DNA of 63,128 nt, filler included, from Octopus bimaculoides (lineage: Eukaryota): assembly GCF_001194135.2 (NCBI RefSeq). It is 3 parts of 3 records of this genome, joined end to end, with 100 filler letters (N's around TTAATTAATTAA, not from the genome) between each part and the next. Parts side by side here need not be neighbours in the genome. Positions count along the whole stretch, not along the records: positions 27,271 to 44,230 come from NC_068985.1; positions 44,331 to 63,128 come from NC_068989.1; 1 more part is not named here. The stretch is one strand, 5' to 3'. The notes below the pieces were generated by a model that made no database searches, was not told the DNA's origin, and worked only from the letters and a program-made list of their open reading frames with translations. A program made the position numbers and the translations under genes. Shown one piece after another: positions 34,196 to 47,726 of the stretch (the stretch's first letter is position 1; every line of letters starts with the position of its first letter).

Positions 34196-37100
34196 ATCTT
34201 AGTCATCCTCTGCTTCTGTCTCCATCTCCAATTGACCAAATCTTTGCCAGTGGATTGAAGATGGTCACAGACAAGAGAGTGCAGTTTACAGTGCACAACT
34301 CTTCTGCACTTAAAAGAGAGTCATTGCACAAGTCATCAGTTATCCATGAGATGATCAGATGGTCCTGATTGCTACAACAGACAAACAGTGATTACTTGGC
34401 ACCATGGAGCCAATATTGTTGAAGGTGACAATCACTGCAACTTCCAGTCAGCAGTTGATAAAAGACTGTCCAGCAAAGTATATTGCATGAAAAATATAAG
34501 GAGCTCACATGTACAGAGGTATAATAATAATAATAATATGAAGTAGACTGACATATCAAATTTTGAAACTGTTGAAGGTACACAAGATACCGAAATATCT
34601 TTCAACAAATTTAATTATGGAACTCTTCTTCTTTTATTTTAATAATAATAATAATAGTATGATAATATTGCAAGTATTAAAATATATTTATTAAAAGTTA
34701 TACAACCTGTTATTTCAAACAATTTACCAAGAAATTTGTGTTCTTCATTTTTTAACAGAAATTTATTTACTTTCATAAAATTCTATTTTGGAAAATATTT
34801 CTATTCTCATTTAGATTGAAATGAAGTCAAATAGTAATAAATAGACAAAGAGGTAGAGAAATGTATAAATAATTCAACAATATTTTGAAAACAAGTGACA
34901 GAAAAGAAAATTTCACATAAAGCATTCTGTATCTTTAGCAAGTATTTCTTTTTGGGACACAAACATGATGGTTCTTGATAGAACCATTTTTACTCAGTAA
35001 TTCTAGATAGGGAAAGAGAGGAGTGGGGACAGAAGATAGATGGGAGCTAGCCTATGTATATGTAAATGTAGTAATGCACTGCATTTACAGAATCAGTATG
35101 TACCAGGTGTACATTAAGTAAGTATATAATGGATGTTATATGGTTTCATAGTGTGTTTGGCATTTTATATAATTTTTGAATATATGTGATACTGGAGTGT
35201 TTGTATCAGTATTCTTCAACTGGACTGCTACAATATCTTGGAATGCAACTAATTTTAACTTAGTGGTGCTTTAAGATCTGCAATGATCCTTTACAAATTT
35301 GGGACATTAATGCTAGAAATTCTAAAGAGTTAACTCTGTGTCAACTCTGAAGGGAAGATATAAGACTTGTAAAGTACATTCATTGACAACGGACTCAATG
35401 AAACAAATTTTCTGTTGTGTGTGTGTGTGTGTGTGCATGTGTTTATATGTGTGTGTGTGATTTGCCAATATTCAGAACATAGCTTCTAACAATAAATTAA
35501 CATGCAGCTTTTTTTGGGGGGCTTTTTTTTGCTTTTTTTTCATATATACATTCTGTGGCTTGCTACTAATTATAAATGAATAAATAAAAGCAGCATCATT
35601 GTACATGCATAATTAAATAGAACTTTTAAATACAACAATGTAAAACTTTTTTTTAAAAATTGTTTCTGTCTGGAAAAAATAAGTACCACAGTTTTTGTAA
35701 GGGCATGTTTTTTTGAGTTTTTTTTTTTTTAGTTTTCTTCTTATCATTATTAATAAATATTTTTTGCTTATTTTTCTTATTTTCTGTTACATTTACTTTT
35801 GACAGTGTAACACCATCTGTGACCTTAGACTGTATCCAAGAATATGTAGATCATTCTATTCTGTAAGAACTCGATAGGAGACCAAATTAACAACACCAAA
35901 GAGATTATTGCTTGTTTAAGTCACCTATTAAGACAGGGAAAGCATTTTGTTGTTGATAAATGTTAATAGAAGTGTTGGTCTGAATCAGCATTAGACTAGA
36001 TATCTCTCACTGTTCAATACGGAGAATATTTCACCAGAAAGTTCTGAAAACAAAAAATAAAAAAAAGTAAAAGGAAAAATTTAATGTTTTTACTACTTGA
36101 AACATGACAGAAAAAGTGTTCATTAAAAAAATTTAAACCTGTATCCAGTACAAGAAAAATTTCATAATTAAAAGCTTAAAACCAACAAAAACAATTATTG
36201 GAGCAAAAACAACTGGTTACTTGACCTGCTAGAAATAGCAGCCAAATTTCCCTCATATCACTCCATACAGTATTTAAAAAGAAATTTTAATCGAATAATT
36301 TAGACTTATGTATACATACACCACACACACACAGTCCAAAAATTGAAAATTGATAAAAGAGGTAATTTATATATATANNNNNNNNNNNNNNNNNNNNNNN
36401 NNNNNNNNNNNNNNNNNNNNNNNNNNNNNNNNNNNNNNNNNNNNNNNNNNNNNNNNNNNNNNNNNNNNNNNNNNNNNNNNNNNNNNNNNNNNNNNNNNNN
36501 NNNNNNNNNNNNNNNNNNNNNNNNNNNNNNNNNNNNNNNNNNNNNNNNNNNNNNNNNNNNNNNNNNNNNNNNNNNNNNNNNNNNNNNNNNNNNNNNNNNN
36601 NNNNNNNNNNNNNNNNNNNNNNNNNNNNNNNNNNNNNNNNNNNNNNNNNNNNNNNNNNNNNNNNNNNNNNNNNNNNNNNNNNNNNNNNNNNNNNNNNNNN
36701 NNNNNNNNNNNNNNNNNNNNNNNNNNNNNNNNNNNNNNNNNNNNNNNNNNNNNNNNNNNNNNNNNNNNNNNNNNNNNNNNNNNNNNNNNNNNNNNNNNNN
36801 NNNNNNNNNNNNNNNNNNNNNNNNNNNNNNNNNNNNNNNNNNNNNNNNNNNNNNNNNNNNNNNNNNNNNNNNNNNNNNNNNNNNNNNNNNNNNNNNNNNN
36901 NNNNNNNNNNNNNNNNNNNNNNNNNNNNNNNNNNNNNNNNNNNNNNNNNNNNNNNNNNNNNNNNNNNNNNNNNNNNNNNNNNNNNNNNNNNNNNNNNNNN
37001 NNNNNNNNNNNNNNNNNNNNNNNNNNNNNNNNNNNNNNNNNNNNNNNNNNNNNNNNNNNNNNNNNNNNNNNNNNNNNNNNNNNNNNNNNNNNTGAGACCG

Positions 37101-38232
37101 CTGCTCTAGCAGTGATCCCACTCAGATGGTGCTGTTAGCGCTCCACTGGCACAGGAGCCAGTCATCAAATATGGTTCAGTTATATATATATAGGATATGA
37201 AGGGTAAGACTTGTGTAACAGGAGAAGGAGTGATAGGTGCAAAAAGTGGGTTTACACAAAAGCAGTTTACAATTTAAAAAGAAGAGACCATTGCCAAATT
37301 AGTAAGAATCAGAAAGAAGACATAACTCGAATGCAAATAAGTTAGTGAGTGATTGATGATTGAAGCCATGGCCATCAAAGACAGTAATCCATGCCTTTTT
37401 TTTTTTTGTTACACCACAGACCAGTTTCACGCAAGACAACTTTTCCATCAACCAGGAGATCATGCATGGCACAAAGTATAATAAAGTGCATATTAAATAA
37501 TTTAATTATTACATATATCATCATCATCATCATCCTTTAACGTCCATTTGCCATGCTAGCATGGGTTGGACAGTTTGACTAGAGCAAGCAAACTGGAGAG
37601 CTGTACCAGGTTCCAGTCTGATTTGACTTGGTTTCTATGGCTGGATGCCCTTCCTAACATCAATATATATTACATAATACATACACAGACTTCAATAATC
37701 AATATCAAAGACTGCCATAGTCAATAAAATAGAAATTGAATTTTAAAAAATAATTATTAGTGACAGAAGCAGAACTAGTATCAAAAGGCAAACTTTATAT
37801 CCAACTCAATGTGAAAGTCTTGTTAGAATACTAAATACTGTGGTTGGGGCCTTGAAAGGTCCTCTCATGTAGGTGAATGGTTCATAAAAGCACAGATTTA
37901 TAATGTAGCAGATGAGAATCATCTGTCATGGGCAGCAGAACTGCGAGACCACATGAATTCAGTCTGCTGGACTTCTTCAGAGGGAGGTGTCCAGTGACCA
38001 CATACCAGCAAATCTCACTGCCACAATATACAGAATTTCAGAGAGTTTTCAATCAATGATGCCACAAACAGCCAGCTGGTTTATAAAGAAATAATTATAA
38101 GTAATGAAAGCAATATTAGTACCAAAAAGTATTATTCTTATTGAGTGGCCCTTTTGTTAGGGATCCCTCAACTAAAGGACATTAAGAAGATAAGGTCTGA
38201 TGTGAGCAGGATTCAACAGCAGAGAATATCTA

Positions 38233-38545
38233 CATCATCATCATCATCATCGTTTAACGTCCGCTTTCCATGCTAGCATGGGTTGGACGATTTGACTGAG
38301 GACTGGTGCAACCGGATGGCTACACCAGGCTCCAATCTAATTTGGCAGAGTTTCTACAGCTGGATGCCCTTCCTAACGCCAACCACTCAGAGAGTGTAGT
38401 GGGTGCTTTTACATGTCACCCGCACGAAAACGGCCACGCTCGAAATGGTGTCTTTTATGTGCCACCCGCACAAGAGCCAGTCCAGGGGCACTGGCAACGA
38501 TCTCACTTGGCTTGCCGGGTCTTCTCACGCACAGCACATTTCCAA
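38233..38545 (-). mobile_element. (GAT)n-tailed SINE/LINE-tail family. Same orientation ~4778-4963, 7045-7226, 26941-27170, 37515-37655; opposite ~14200-14360, 21420-21560, 39390-39590, 39680-39740, 41340-41570, 41990-42210
   Basis: Near-identical CATCATCATCGTTTAACGTCCGCTTTCCATGCTAGCATGGGTTGGACGATTTGACTGAGGACTGG...CTACAGCTGGATGCCCTTCCTAACGCCAACCAC. Confidence 0.85.
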
Positions 38546-40188
38546 AGAGGAACTATTTCAGGACTGAAGGTTATCTAGCATTTATAAAGGAAACAAATCT
38601 TTTGAAGCAGTTATAGATATGTAGTAAAGGTGCACAGCCTAGTGGTAGGGTGTTTGGTTCATCATCAAAACGTTATGGTTTTAATTCCTGGACTATGCTT
38701 GAACAAAGCACTTCATTTCATATTAATTCAGTCTACCCGGCTGCAATGAGTACTAGTCAGATGGCAGTATAGCCCTCTCACTCTCTAGTTGTCATCTCAT
38801 GGATGTTTCACTAGGTCAAGAAGTGGTGAAAGCAATGCTTGCTTACGACTACATAATCACCTACAACAATTAGTGACAGTTGGTGCATATTACCAAGGTA
38901 TATGTGCTTGCAAATGACATCTGGCCATACTTACTTATTGATGTATGGTCAGCCTGAAAGAAGGTCATCAAAGATTATAGAGAATCAGCAAAAGAAAATT
39001 GATTATTTTAGCTGTTGTGCCGAGTAGTAGTGAGAATATAATAAAGCTATACAAGCTGTATATCTTTCTTGAGTATCATAGGTTTGATTTCATGAGATGT
39101 GTGAATGAGACTGAGTTGTTGAGAACTCATATTTTCACAGCTAACCCAGTCCAATCTTCTGGATCATTTCTCTTATATTCACCTTCTTGTAACTTAAAAG
39201 TACACCTTTTCTCCAGTTGGTGTAGCCATGTGTCCTCTCTACAACAAGACACTTGCTTCTGTCCCTCTGTCATACTTTGACCTTTCATCACCTGGCATAA
39301 ACCACCTCCCTTAACACTGCACCCTACTCTCTCTCTCTGTTGAGGGGAGTGGGGCTTGTCATACAAGTTATTTGGTAACCTCACTAGTGCTGGTGCCATT
39401 TAAAAAGGATGCAGAACATTCTGTGAAGTGGTTGGTATTAGGGAGGGCATCCAGCTGTAGAAATCATACCAAAACTGACATTCAAGCTTGGTGCAGTCTG
39501 GTTCGCCAGCCCCTGTCACAGCATTCAACCCATGTTAGCATGAAAACTGACATTCATCAGTAATGATGATGATGATGATGATGATGAGCACACCTCGTCA
39601 GACCTGAAAAGGAATGCAGGGGATCAGAAAGTCTAGAAAATCAATGTTTAATATAGAAGAGATAAATGAACCTTGAGGTCAACCCATGCTAGCATGGAAA
39701 GCGGACGTTAAACGATGATGATGATGATGATGATGATGGATGACAGAGAATCTTATCAGCAAAAACCCCTAAGCAGAAACTTAAGAGAAAGCTCCCAAGT
39801 TAGATGGTTGGAAGTTGTAAAAGAAAGCAGCTTTGCCAAAAATTTCATATCAAACAAATGTATGTTTTACTGGAAAAAAAAAAAAAGATGAGAGCAAGAG
39901 ACGATGGGTATGCAATGTAAGAGAGGCCATCAGCAAATATGGTTTATGGAAATCATAGTCACTGAATGGGAAATGATAAATGATTCTTATGACTGTTTCC
40001 ATTACTCGTGAAATGTTGGATATGATACCAACATGCTAGTTAGTAGCTGGTGGAGCCAGAAATCCTCTGCATCTTTTGTTCAATCTGCCAGCCACTTTAT
40101 AGGGTCAACAGGGTGCATTTTAAGGCATCAATACGGGATAGATTGTCTGATACACTTGTCACTTAAGGGATAATGAGCTGTATGTGTG

Positions 40189-40223
<35 letters not shown>

Positions 40224-40647
40224 AAACATAAACTGAAAACAGAACACAAAGGTACACGTGTTTCAAGCTTTATAAACAATCTGTCATTACACCAGTATAT
40301 GCATATTGTTGATATAAAAGACGGTTTAAAGCTATCTTCAGCTGCAAACATTGCTAGTCCAAAGATTACATCACAGAAGAAAAAGAAAGCCACGGATTAC
40401 TATATATATATATATATATAGTAATCCCATGACTACCACAAGTGTTACATTCCAAAACACACACACACCCATGGTAGGTGAAAATCTGCAAAGTAGAAAC
40501 AGTACTGTACTGTATATATTTAATATTTTTATAACTTATATATATATATTTTTTTATTATAAATGCAAACCAATACCCTGGAGGAATTGACATAAGCTTA
40601 AATAATAAACCATAATGGGTGAACTGCAATATGGCGAGGGATTACTG

Positions 40648-40708
<61 letters not shown>

Positions 40709-40945
40709 AAAAGAAAGGGTCAAAGGTCTTTAAGGCCAGTTTCCCACATTCTGTGGTGTAGATATTCCCCACTGGACAGGACACTGGTCCATCACAGGAA
40801 TACTTGTGTTTACCAACTGAGTGGACTGGAGCAACATGAAATGGAATATTTTGCTCAAGGACACAATACGTCCCTTGGACCAGGAACTGAAACCACAATC
40901 TTATGATCATGAGTGCAACACCTTAACCACTAGGCCACACGCTTC

Positions 40946-40979
<34 letters not shown>

Positions 40980-41086
40980 AGCTGACAAGGCGAGATGACA
41001 CCTTAACCACTAGGCCACACGCTTCCACACACACACACATATATATAAGCTGACAAGGCGAGATGACTTTAACCCTAGGCACAGTG

Positions 41087-41152
41087 AGAGCTACTGATGA
41101 GTATTAAGATGCATTAAGCATCAGAATGTGAAATCATCGGTGATCTAACTCT
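41087..41152 (+). ncRNA. Type I hammerhead ribozyme motif with long extended stem I
   Basis: AGAGCTA-CTGATGA(41094-41100)-GTATT aa GATGC attaa GCATC ag AATGT-GAAA-TCA tcgg TGA-TC-TAACTCT; triplet AUC (C41145). Stem I extends irregularly from 41048 to 41189 (CTGACAAGG/CCTTGTCAG). Confidence 0.72.
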
Positions 41153-43313
41153 ATCTGCGACCGTAGGGGGCTTGTCTCCCTTGTCAGTTCATTAAGATAG
41201 TGCCTATTGCGGCTAGTGAGTTGTTTTGACTCTTATTTCTAGCAATACTGGTGCTGATTAGTGCCCTTGTTCACTTTAGTGACGTATATATTTCTGCCTT
41301 TAGGTTGTAAAATTAGCCACCCATATTATTTATATATATAAGAGCATCCAGCTGTAAAAACCTTTAAAGCTGACCTTGCCTGTGCTTGTGCCCACGTAAA
41401 AAGCACTAAGTCCACTTTGCTGAGTGGTTGGTGTTGGTAAGGGCATCCAGCCATAAAAATCCTGCCAAAACAGTCATAGAAGTCTGGTGCAGGCTTCTGC
41501 CAGGCCAGCTCCTGTGAAACCATCCCACCCATGCTAGCATGGGAGGTGGACGTTAAACGATGATGTTGATCCTTCATTGGACACTAAACTCCGCTTACGA
41601 AGACCTGTTGAGGCAAGTGAAATCGAAATCGAACTAAATTCGACGACTGGCACCCATGCCAACGTCTCCTTCATTGGATACTAAGCTCGGCTTGTGAAGG
41701 CCTGTTGGAGCAAGTGAAAGTGAAAGTGAAATCATGATAGCACTTGTACCAGTGGAGCGCTAAGAGCACTGTCCGAGCGTGATCGTTGCCAGAGCAGCTG
41801 TCTGGCTTCCATGCCAGTGGCACATAAATAGCACCATTTGAGTGTAATCATTACCAGTGTCGCCTTCCTGGCACTTGTGCCGGTAGCACGTGAAAGGACA
41901 TTCGAGCGAGGTCGTTGCCAGTGCCACCAGACTGGCTCCTGTGCAGGTGGCACATAAGATACACCATTTTGAGCATGGCTGTTGCCAGTACCGCCTGACT
42001 GGCCTTCATGCCGATGACACGTAAAAGCACCTACTACACTCTTGGAGTGGTTGGCGTTAGGAAGGGCATCCAGCTGTAGAAACTCTGCCAAATCATATTG
42101 GAGCCTGGCATAGCCATCTGGTTCGCCAGTCTTCAGTCAAATTGTCCAACCCATGCTAGCATGGAAAGCGGACGTTAAACAATGATGATGATGATGATGA
42201 TGATGATGATATATATATATATATATAGGTTTTTACATAATTTCCATTTACCAACTTCTACTCACGAAGCACTGAGCAATCAAGAAGTTATGGCATAAGA
42301 CACTGCTGTACAGCAGAATTGAACCTCATACTATGTAGTTGCAAAGCAAACTTGTAGGAAATAGCTCAAAGGTATGATGGTTCAAACACCATTTGATTTA
42401 GTTTCCTCATTCAGCTTACTAACCAAGAAAGTTACCACATCTGGTGGTTGTGTGCTTGCAGTGTTGCATGTTTGTGATGGAGGTGGAGGCAAAACATACA
42501 AAATTTTGCTTGCTATTTAGTCTAATGGAGCCATTTAAATCAAGGAGTGACAAAGGAAGGACGATTAGAACCTTTTAACAATAAACTGACACATCTGTGA
42601 GGGAAAGTAAGAGCATACAAATTACACATAGCAAAAAGGTTTCTTTTTCATTTGCTTTCTTAATGGTTATTTTTGGAAAAGTTCCATTGCACATTATACT
42701 GGTTTTCAGGTGTTGTAGGGCTGCAATTTATGTATAGTTTGAACACAGCCTGTTCTGTAAAATAACAGAGACATAGTTGTATTACAACTTTACTGATATG
42801 AAAGATGTGAAGGACCAAGGAGAATTATTTCCATCACTGATTTACTATGGATATAATTATCATTAAGTAAATATATCTATTTATGTAACCAAAACTCTAA
42901 ACAATCTTTTGGATATACCTAAAAGATGACAGTAAAAAGCTTTTACCGTTTATTTTGAACACCATCTTTACTGGAAACCATCTAAAATATGCTCTCATGA
43001 CACTGTTATAATAGTAAATATATTTTTTTAAAAATGAATTATTAGTAAACACTGTTCACATATTAAGACAACAAATCTAAGCAGTTTCAGATTTCACTAT
43101 TCTATAACTTTCAATTTTACTTTAAATGCTTTTAAGCCACAAAAAGTTTTAGTTATTTCACTGATATTTTTATATCTCTTTCATATTGTATTATTTTTAA
43201 GCTCTGACTTTCCTTTAAAAGGAAAGAACACATGGGACAATGTGTTCTATATATGCACACACACACACATATATACAAACATACACATATATACACACAT
43301 ACACACATACATA

Positions 43314-44186
43314 CAGGGTACAGTGAATGAATTGTTGTGTAAATCACGCAAAAATGAAAATAACACTGACATCTCATTTTAACAGATATATTTACCAAAA
43401 TTACATTAAAATATCTTGGAATACTAAAGAGTAAATTTATTCAGTAAAATCACCATTGGCTCCAACCACGGCCTCCAGAAGACTTCAAAATCTCCAGCAA
43501 ATCTTCTGAACAGTCTTCTTGTTTAAGTTGGTGAATGCTACCATAATCCTTGCCTTCAATCCATGTTTGGTGTTACAAGGAGTTTTGTTGGTCTCTCACT
43601 CAACTGCGCCCCATACATGATAATCAAGAAAGCTGCAGTCTGAGGAGATAGGTGGCCAGATGTTAGGGGTGGCATGGTCACAGAAATTGTCTGCCTGCCA
43701 TGACTGGGTTCTCTTGCTTGTGTGGCATGGTGCAGAATCCTGTTGCCAAACATTCCAGCAGCCACCCTCTAGATCCAGGGCAGCACTACCTCCTCCAGGC
43801 ACTTGATGTAGGCCTCTGTGTTGAGTCTGAGGCTGTGTGGGAAGATGAATGGAGGCATAATGTCACCATCACTAGTGATCACTCCAAACACTATGATGTT
43901 GACTGGATGTTTGATTTTTATCACTCGCGGTACATGTTTTGGGGACTCAGATTGACACCCAACACTCTGAAATATTCATACTGAAGCTTCCGGCGTGAAT
44001 GCCAAGCAGTACAGCATGTCGCTTCCAAATTTCTAGCAGAGCGAATTGCATCATGGTGCTGTTTTTATCACAGAGAGTGCCCAACTGACCCTACTATACT
44101 GTGTAGTTGACAAAATATAAAAAAAAACAATGCGCATGCGTGAAATTAAAAATATAAAACGGTGACAAGTTACCCATCGCACCCTG
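43314..44186 (-). mobile_element. Decayed Tc1/mariner transposon, DD37D (maT-like) type
   Basis: TA-flanked CAGGGT...ACCCTG ends; WQQDSAPCHTSKRTQSW...WPPISSDCSFLDYHVWGAVE with 37 residues between the two Asp. Confidence 0.85.
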
Positions 44187-44218
<32 letters not shown>

Positions 44219-44230
44219 TACATATATAAA

Positions 44231-44330
44231 NNNNNNNNNNNNNNNNNNNNNNNNNNNNNNNNNNNNNNNNNNNNTTAATTAATTAANNNNNNNNNNNNNN
44301 NNNNNNNNNNNNNNNNNNNNNNNNNNNNNN
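44231..44330. other. Artificial scaffold join (44 N + TTAATTAATTAA + 44 N)
   Basis: Same construct as 27171-27270. Confidence 0.9.
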
Positions 44331-44385
44331 CATACTAGAATTCTAGTTTCGCTTGAAATTAAAGCTCTCCAATGATGACTACGCA

Positions 44386-44442
<57 letters not shown>

Positions 44443-44840
44443 ATACACATGCATACGCATACAAATATACAAATATCTTAATATTTCGCTTAGGCCTATG
44501 TTTCAGAACGAAGTATTAGCTGACTGTACATCGGTAATAAGAAAAAAGAGATGACCAAGGAATAAATGATTATCTTATAATCTTCATTAGTTTGCAACTG
44601 TTTCTGTTATCAGATGCTGTGGACTCATAAAGGGTTGCCTGAAAAAGACCTCATAGCTTCATCGGAGCCTTGAATATGAAGTGCAATTTATTTGGGAACG
44701 AATTGCATTCCTGCTTATATAGGGAACGACGCATCTTTTAACAGAAACAGTTGTAAGCTGATGAAGTTGATAAGATAATCATTATTCCTTTGCCATCTCT
44801 CTTTCCTACATATATACAGATATAGATACATCTATGTCTA

Positions 44841-44891
<51 letters not shown>

Positions 44892-45692
44892 ATTTATACA
44901 CACACACACACACACACATATATATGTGTGTACATACATACACATATACATAAACATGTACATTTATATATATATATATATATATATANNNNNNNNNNNN
45001 NNNNNNNNNNNNNNNNNNNNNNNNNNNNNNNNNNNNNNNNNNNNNNNNNNNNNNNNNNNNNNNNNNNNNNNNNNNNNNNNNNNNNNNNNNNNNNNNNNNN
45101 NNNNNNNNNNNNNNNNNNNNNNNNNNNNNNNNNNNNNNNNNNNNNNNNNNNNNNNNNNNNNNNNNNNNNNNNNNNNNNNNNNNNNNNNNNNNNNNNNNNN
45201 NNNNNNNNNNNNNNNNNNNNNNNNNNNNNNNNNNNNNNNNNNNNNNNNNNNNNNNNNNNNNNNNNNNNNNNNNNNNNNNNNNNNNNNNNNNNNNNNNNNN
45301 NNNNNNNNNNNNNNNNNNNNNNNNNNNNNNNNNNNNNNNNNNNNNNNNNNNNNNNNNNNNNNNNNNNNNNNNNNNNNNNNNNNNNNNNNNNNNNNNNNNN
45401 NNNNNNNNNNNNNNNNNNNNNNNNNNNNNNNNNNNNNNNNNNNNNNNNNNNNNNNNNNNNNNNNNNNNNNNNNNNNNNNNNNNNNNNNNNNNNNNNNNNN
45501 NNNNNNNNNNNNNNNNNNNNNNNNNNNNNNNNNNNNNNNNNNNNNNNNNNNNNNNNNNNNNNNNNNNNNNNNNNNNNNNNNNNNNNNNNNNNNNNNNNNN
45601 NNNNNNNNNNNNNNNNNNNNNNNNNNNNNNNNNNNNNNNNNNNNNNNNNNNNNNNNNNNNNNNNNNNNNNNNNNNNNNNNNNNNNNNNNNNN

Positions 45693-45726
<34 letters not shown>

Positions 45727-46038
45727 TGTATATATTCATAAATACATACACATATATTTATATATTCATAAATACATACACATATATATATACATATATT
45801 TCCTATCTTGTTGAAAGCTCGAAGTAGGGAGTAATTAACAGTCGACAACTGAGGATGGGTTAGACTTCTCCTGGTATTTTGTCCCGTATTTGTCTCTCAT
45901 TATGTGTTTACGTATTTTTCACTCGTTGGCGATGTCCTGTACTTGATGTATTTTATATTTATTTATTTATAATCGAACGCCACGCAGCCTTGTCCACGGT
46001 AAGTTTTTACTTTTATATATATATGTATATATACATAT

Positions 46039-46087
<49 letters not shown>

Positions 46088-46287
46088 NNNNNNNNNNNNN
46101 NNNNNNNNNNNNNNNNNNNNNNNNNNNNNNNNNNNNNNNNNNNNNNNNNNNNNNNNNNNNNNNNNNNNNNNNNNNNNNNNNNNNNNNNNNNNNNNNNNNN
46201 NNNNNNNNNNNNNNNNNNNNNNNNNNNNNNNNNNNNNNNNNNNNNNNNNNNNNNNNNNNNNNNNNNNNNNNNNNNNNNNNNNNNNNN

Positions 46288-46342
<55 letters not shown>

Positions 46343-46832
46343 GTCATTTGCAACATACACATCCGCAAATATGCAGCATTAACTCACTCCCGTGTTCACG
46401 AAAATCTAAATTGTTTTGAATCAAAACAAGTTTTGTTACTTTGAAGAACTTAAATATGTAGTTCCAGACGAAATCATCAATACACACGTGCATACATGCA
46501 TGAATAGTTATTTGCTTGCGTACATACATGCATTCAGGCATAAATACATGCGTTGCAACATGGATGTATACATACATACATACATACATACATACAAACA
46601 TACAAATATACATTCCCTTTCTGTTAACTGGATTTCGCAGCACATAAAAAGTTATAAATCATAACATGTAAAATACACACTCACAAACACGCAACACACA
46701 AAATGTTATGAATTATAACATGTAAAATGCACACACACAAACACTACCCCATGGGCAGCCTTCAGCTTTTTCTATTGAAAAGGGTTTTTCAACCCAATAT
46801 TTTACATATATATAGATGTACGCGTGCGCGCG

Positions 46833-46887
<55 letters not shown>

Positions 46888-47057
46888 TTAATTAGTTAGT
46901 TAGAAGATATATTAACCTCTGAACGGGATGATTACATCCAAGAAGACTCTCGTTCTATACCATAGATGTATATTAAGTATACTATCCGTATTAAATTAAG
47001 AGAAAAAAATGGAGATTTAGTAGTTAATATTTACTTATTAATAAATTGATTAACATT

Positions 47058-47157
47058 TCTTCCAATAGCTATTTCCATTTATACTTATTCGATAAATTAC
47101 AAATTTATACATTAAATTTGCATTTATAAGTTATGAGAAAAATATTATCAGGGAGAA
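47058..47157 (-). ncRNA. Decayed type I hammerhead motif, inverted twin of 47289-47388
   Basis: Core CTGATAA (G to A), GAAA, stem III ATAGCTAT (still palindromic), triplet AUU, stem I TTCTCC/GGAAGA. Confidence 0.55.
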
Positions 47158-47288
47158 GTTAGACATTAAAAAATTACAAGTTGACCTATCTGTTCATTCT
47201 GGAATGACTAATACATTCCGTATGTATGCATATATTATTCTGCCAGAATGAACAGATAGGTCAACATGTAATTTTTTTAATGTCAAAC

Positions 47289-47388
47289 TTTTCCCTGATG
47301 ATATTTTGCTCATAACTAATAAATGCAAATTTAATGCATAAATTTGTAATTTATCCAATGAGCGTAAATGGAAACAGCTGTAGGAAGA
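47289..47388 (+). ncRNA. Type I hammerhead ribozyme motif
   Basis: Stem I TTTTCC(47289-94)/GGAAGA(47383-88); core CTGATGA 47295-47301; long stem II hairpin; GAAA 47371-74; palindromic stem III ACAGCTGT; cleavage triplet GUA (A47382). Confidence 0.75.
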
Positions 47389-47726
47389 AATGATTATCAA
47401 TTTATCAATGAATAAATATTCACCACTGACTCTCCATTTTCTTCTCTTAATTCAATACGTATTATATATATATATATACTAGCAGAGATACCCGGTCTTT
47501 ATCGAGATTAAAAGATTTTTTATTGTTTTATTTGTTTCACTCGTGTGACTGCGACCAGGCTGAGGCACCGCCGCTGGTCAAACAAATCGACCACAGGATT
47601 TATTCTTTGTAAGCCTAGTACTTATTCTATCAGTGTCTTTTCCCCGAACAGCTAGTGTTATGGGAATGTAAATACAGCAACATCGGTTGTCAAGCAATGG
47701 TGGGGTTTCAGCATATATGTGTGTGT

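Larger units (their letters stand above)
46983..47464. repeat. ~480-bp palindrome (about 220-bp arms, 40-nt spacer)
   Basis: Inner 23 bp perfect (GTTGACCTATCTGTTCATTCTGG / CCAGAATGAACAGATAGGTCAAC); the arms stay alignable outward to ~46983 and ~47464. Confidence 0.92.
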
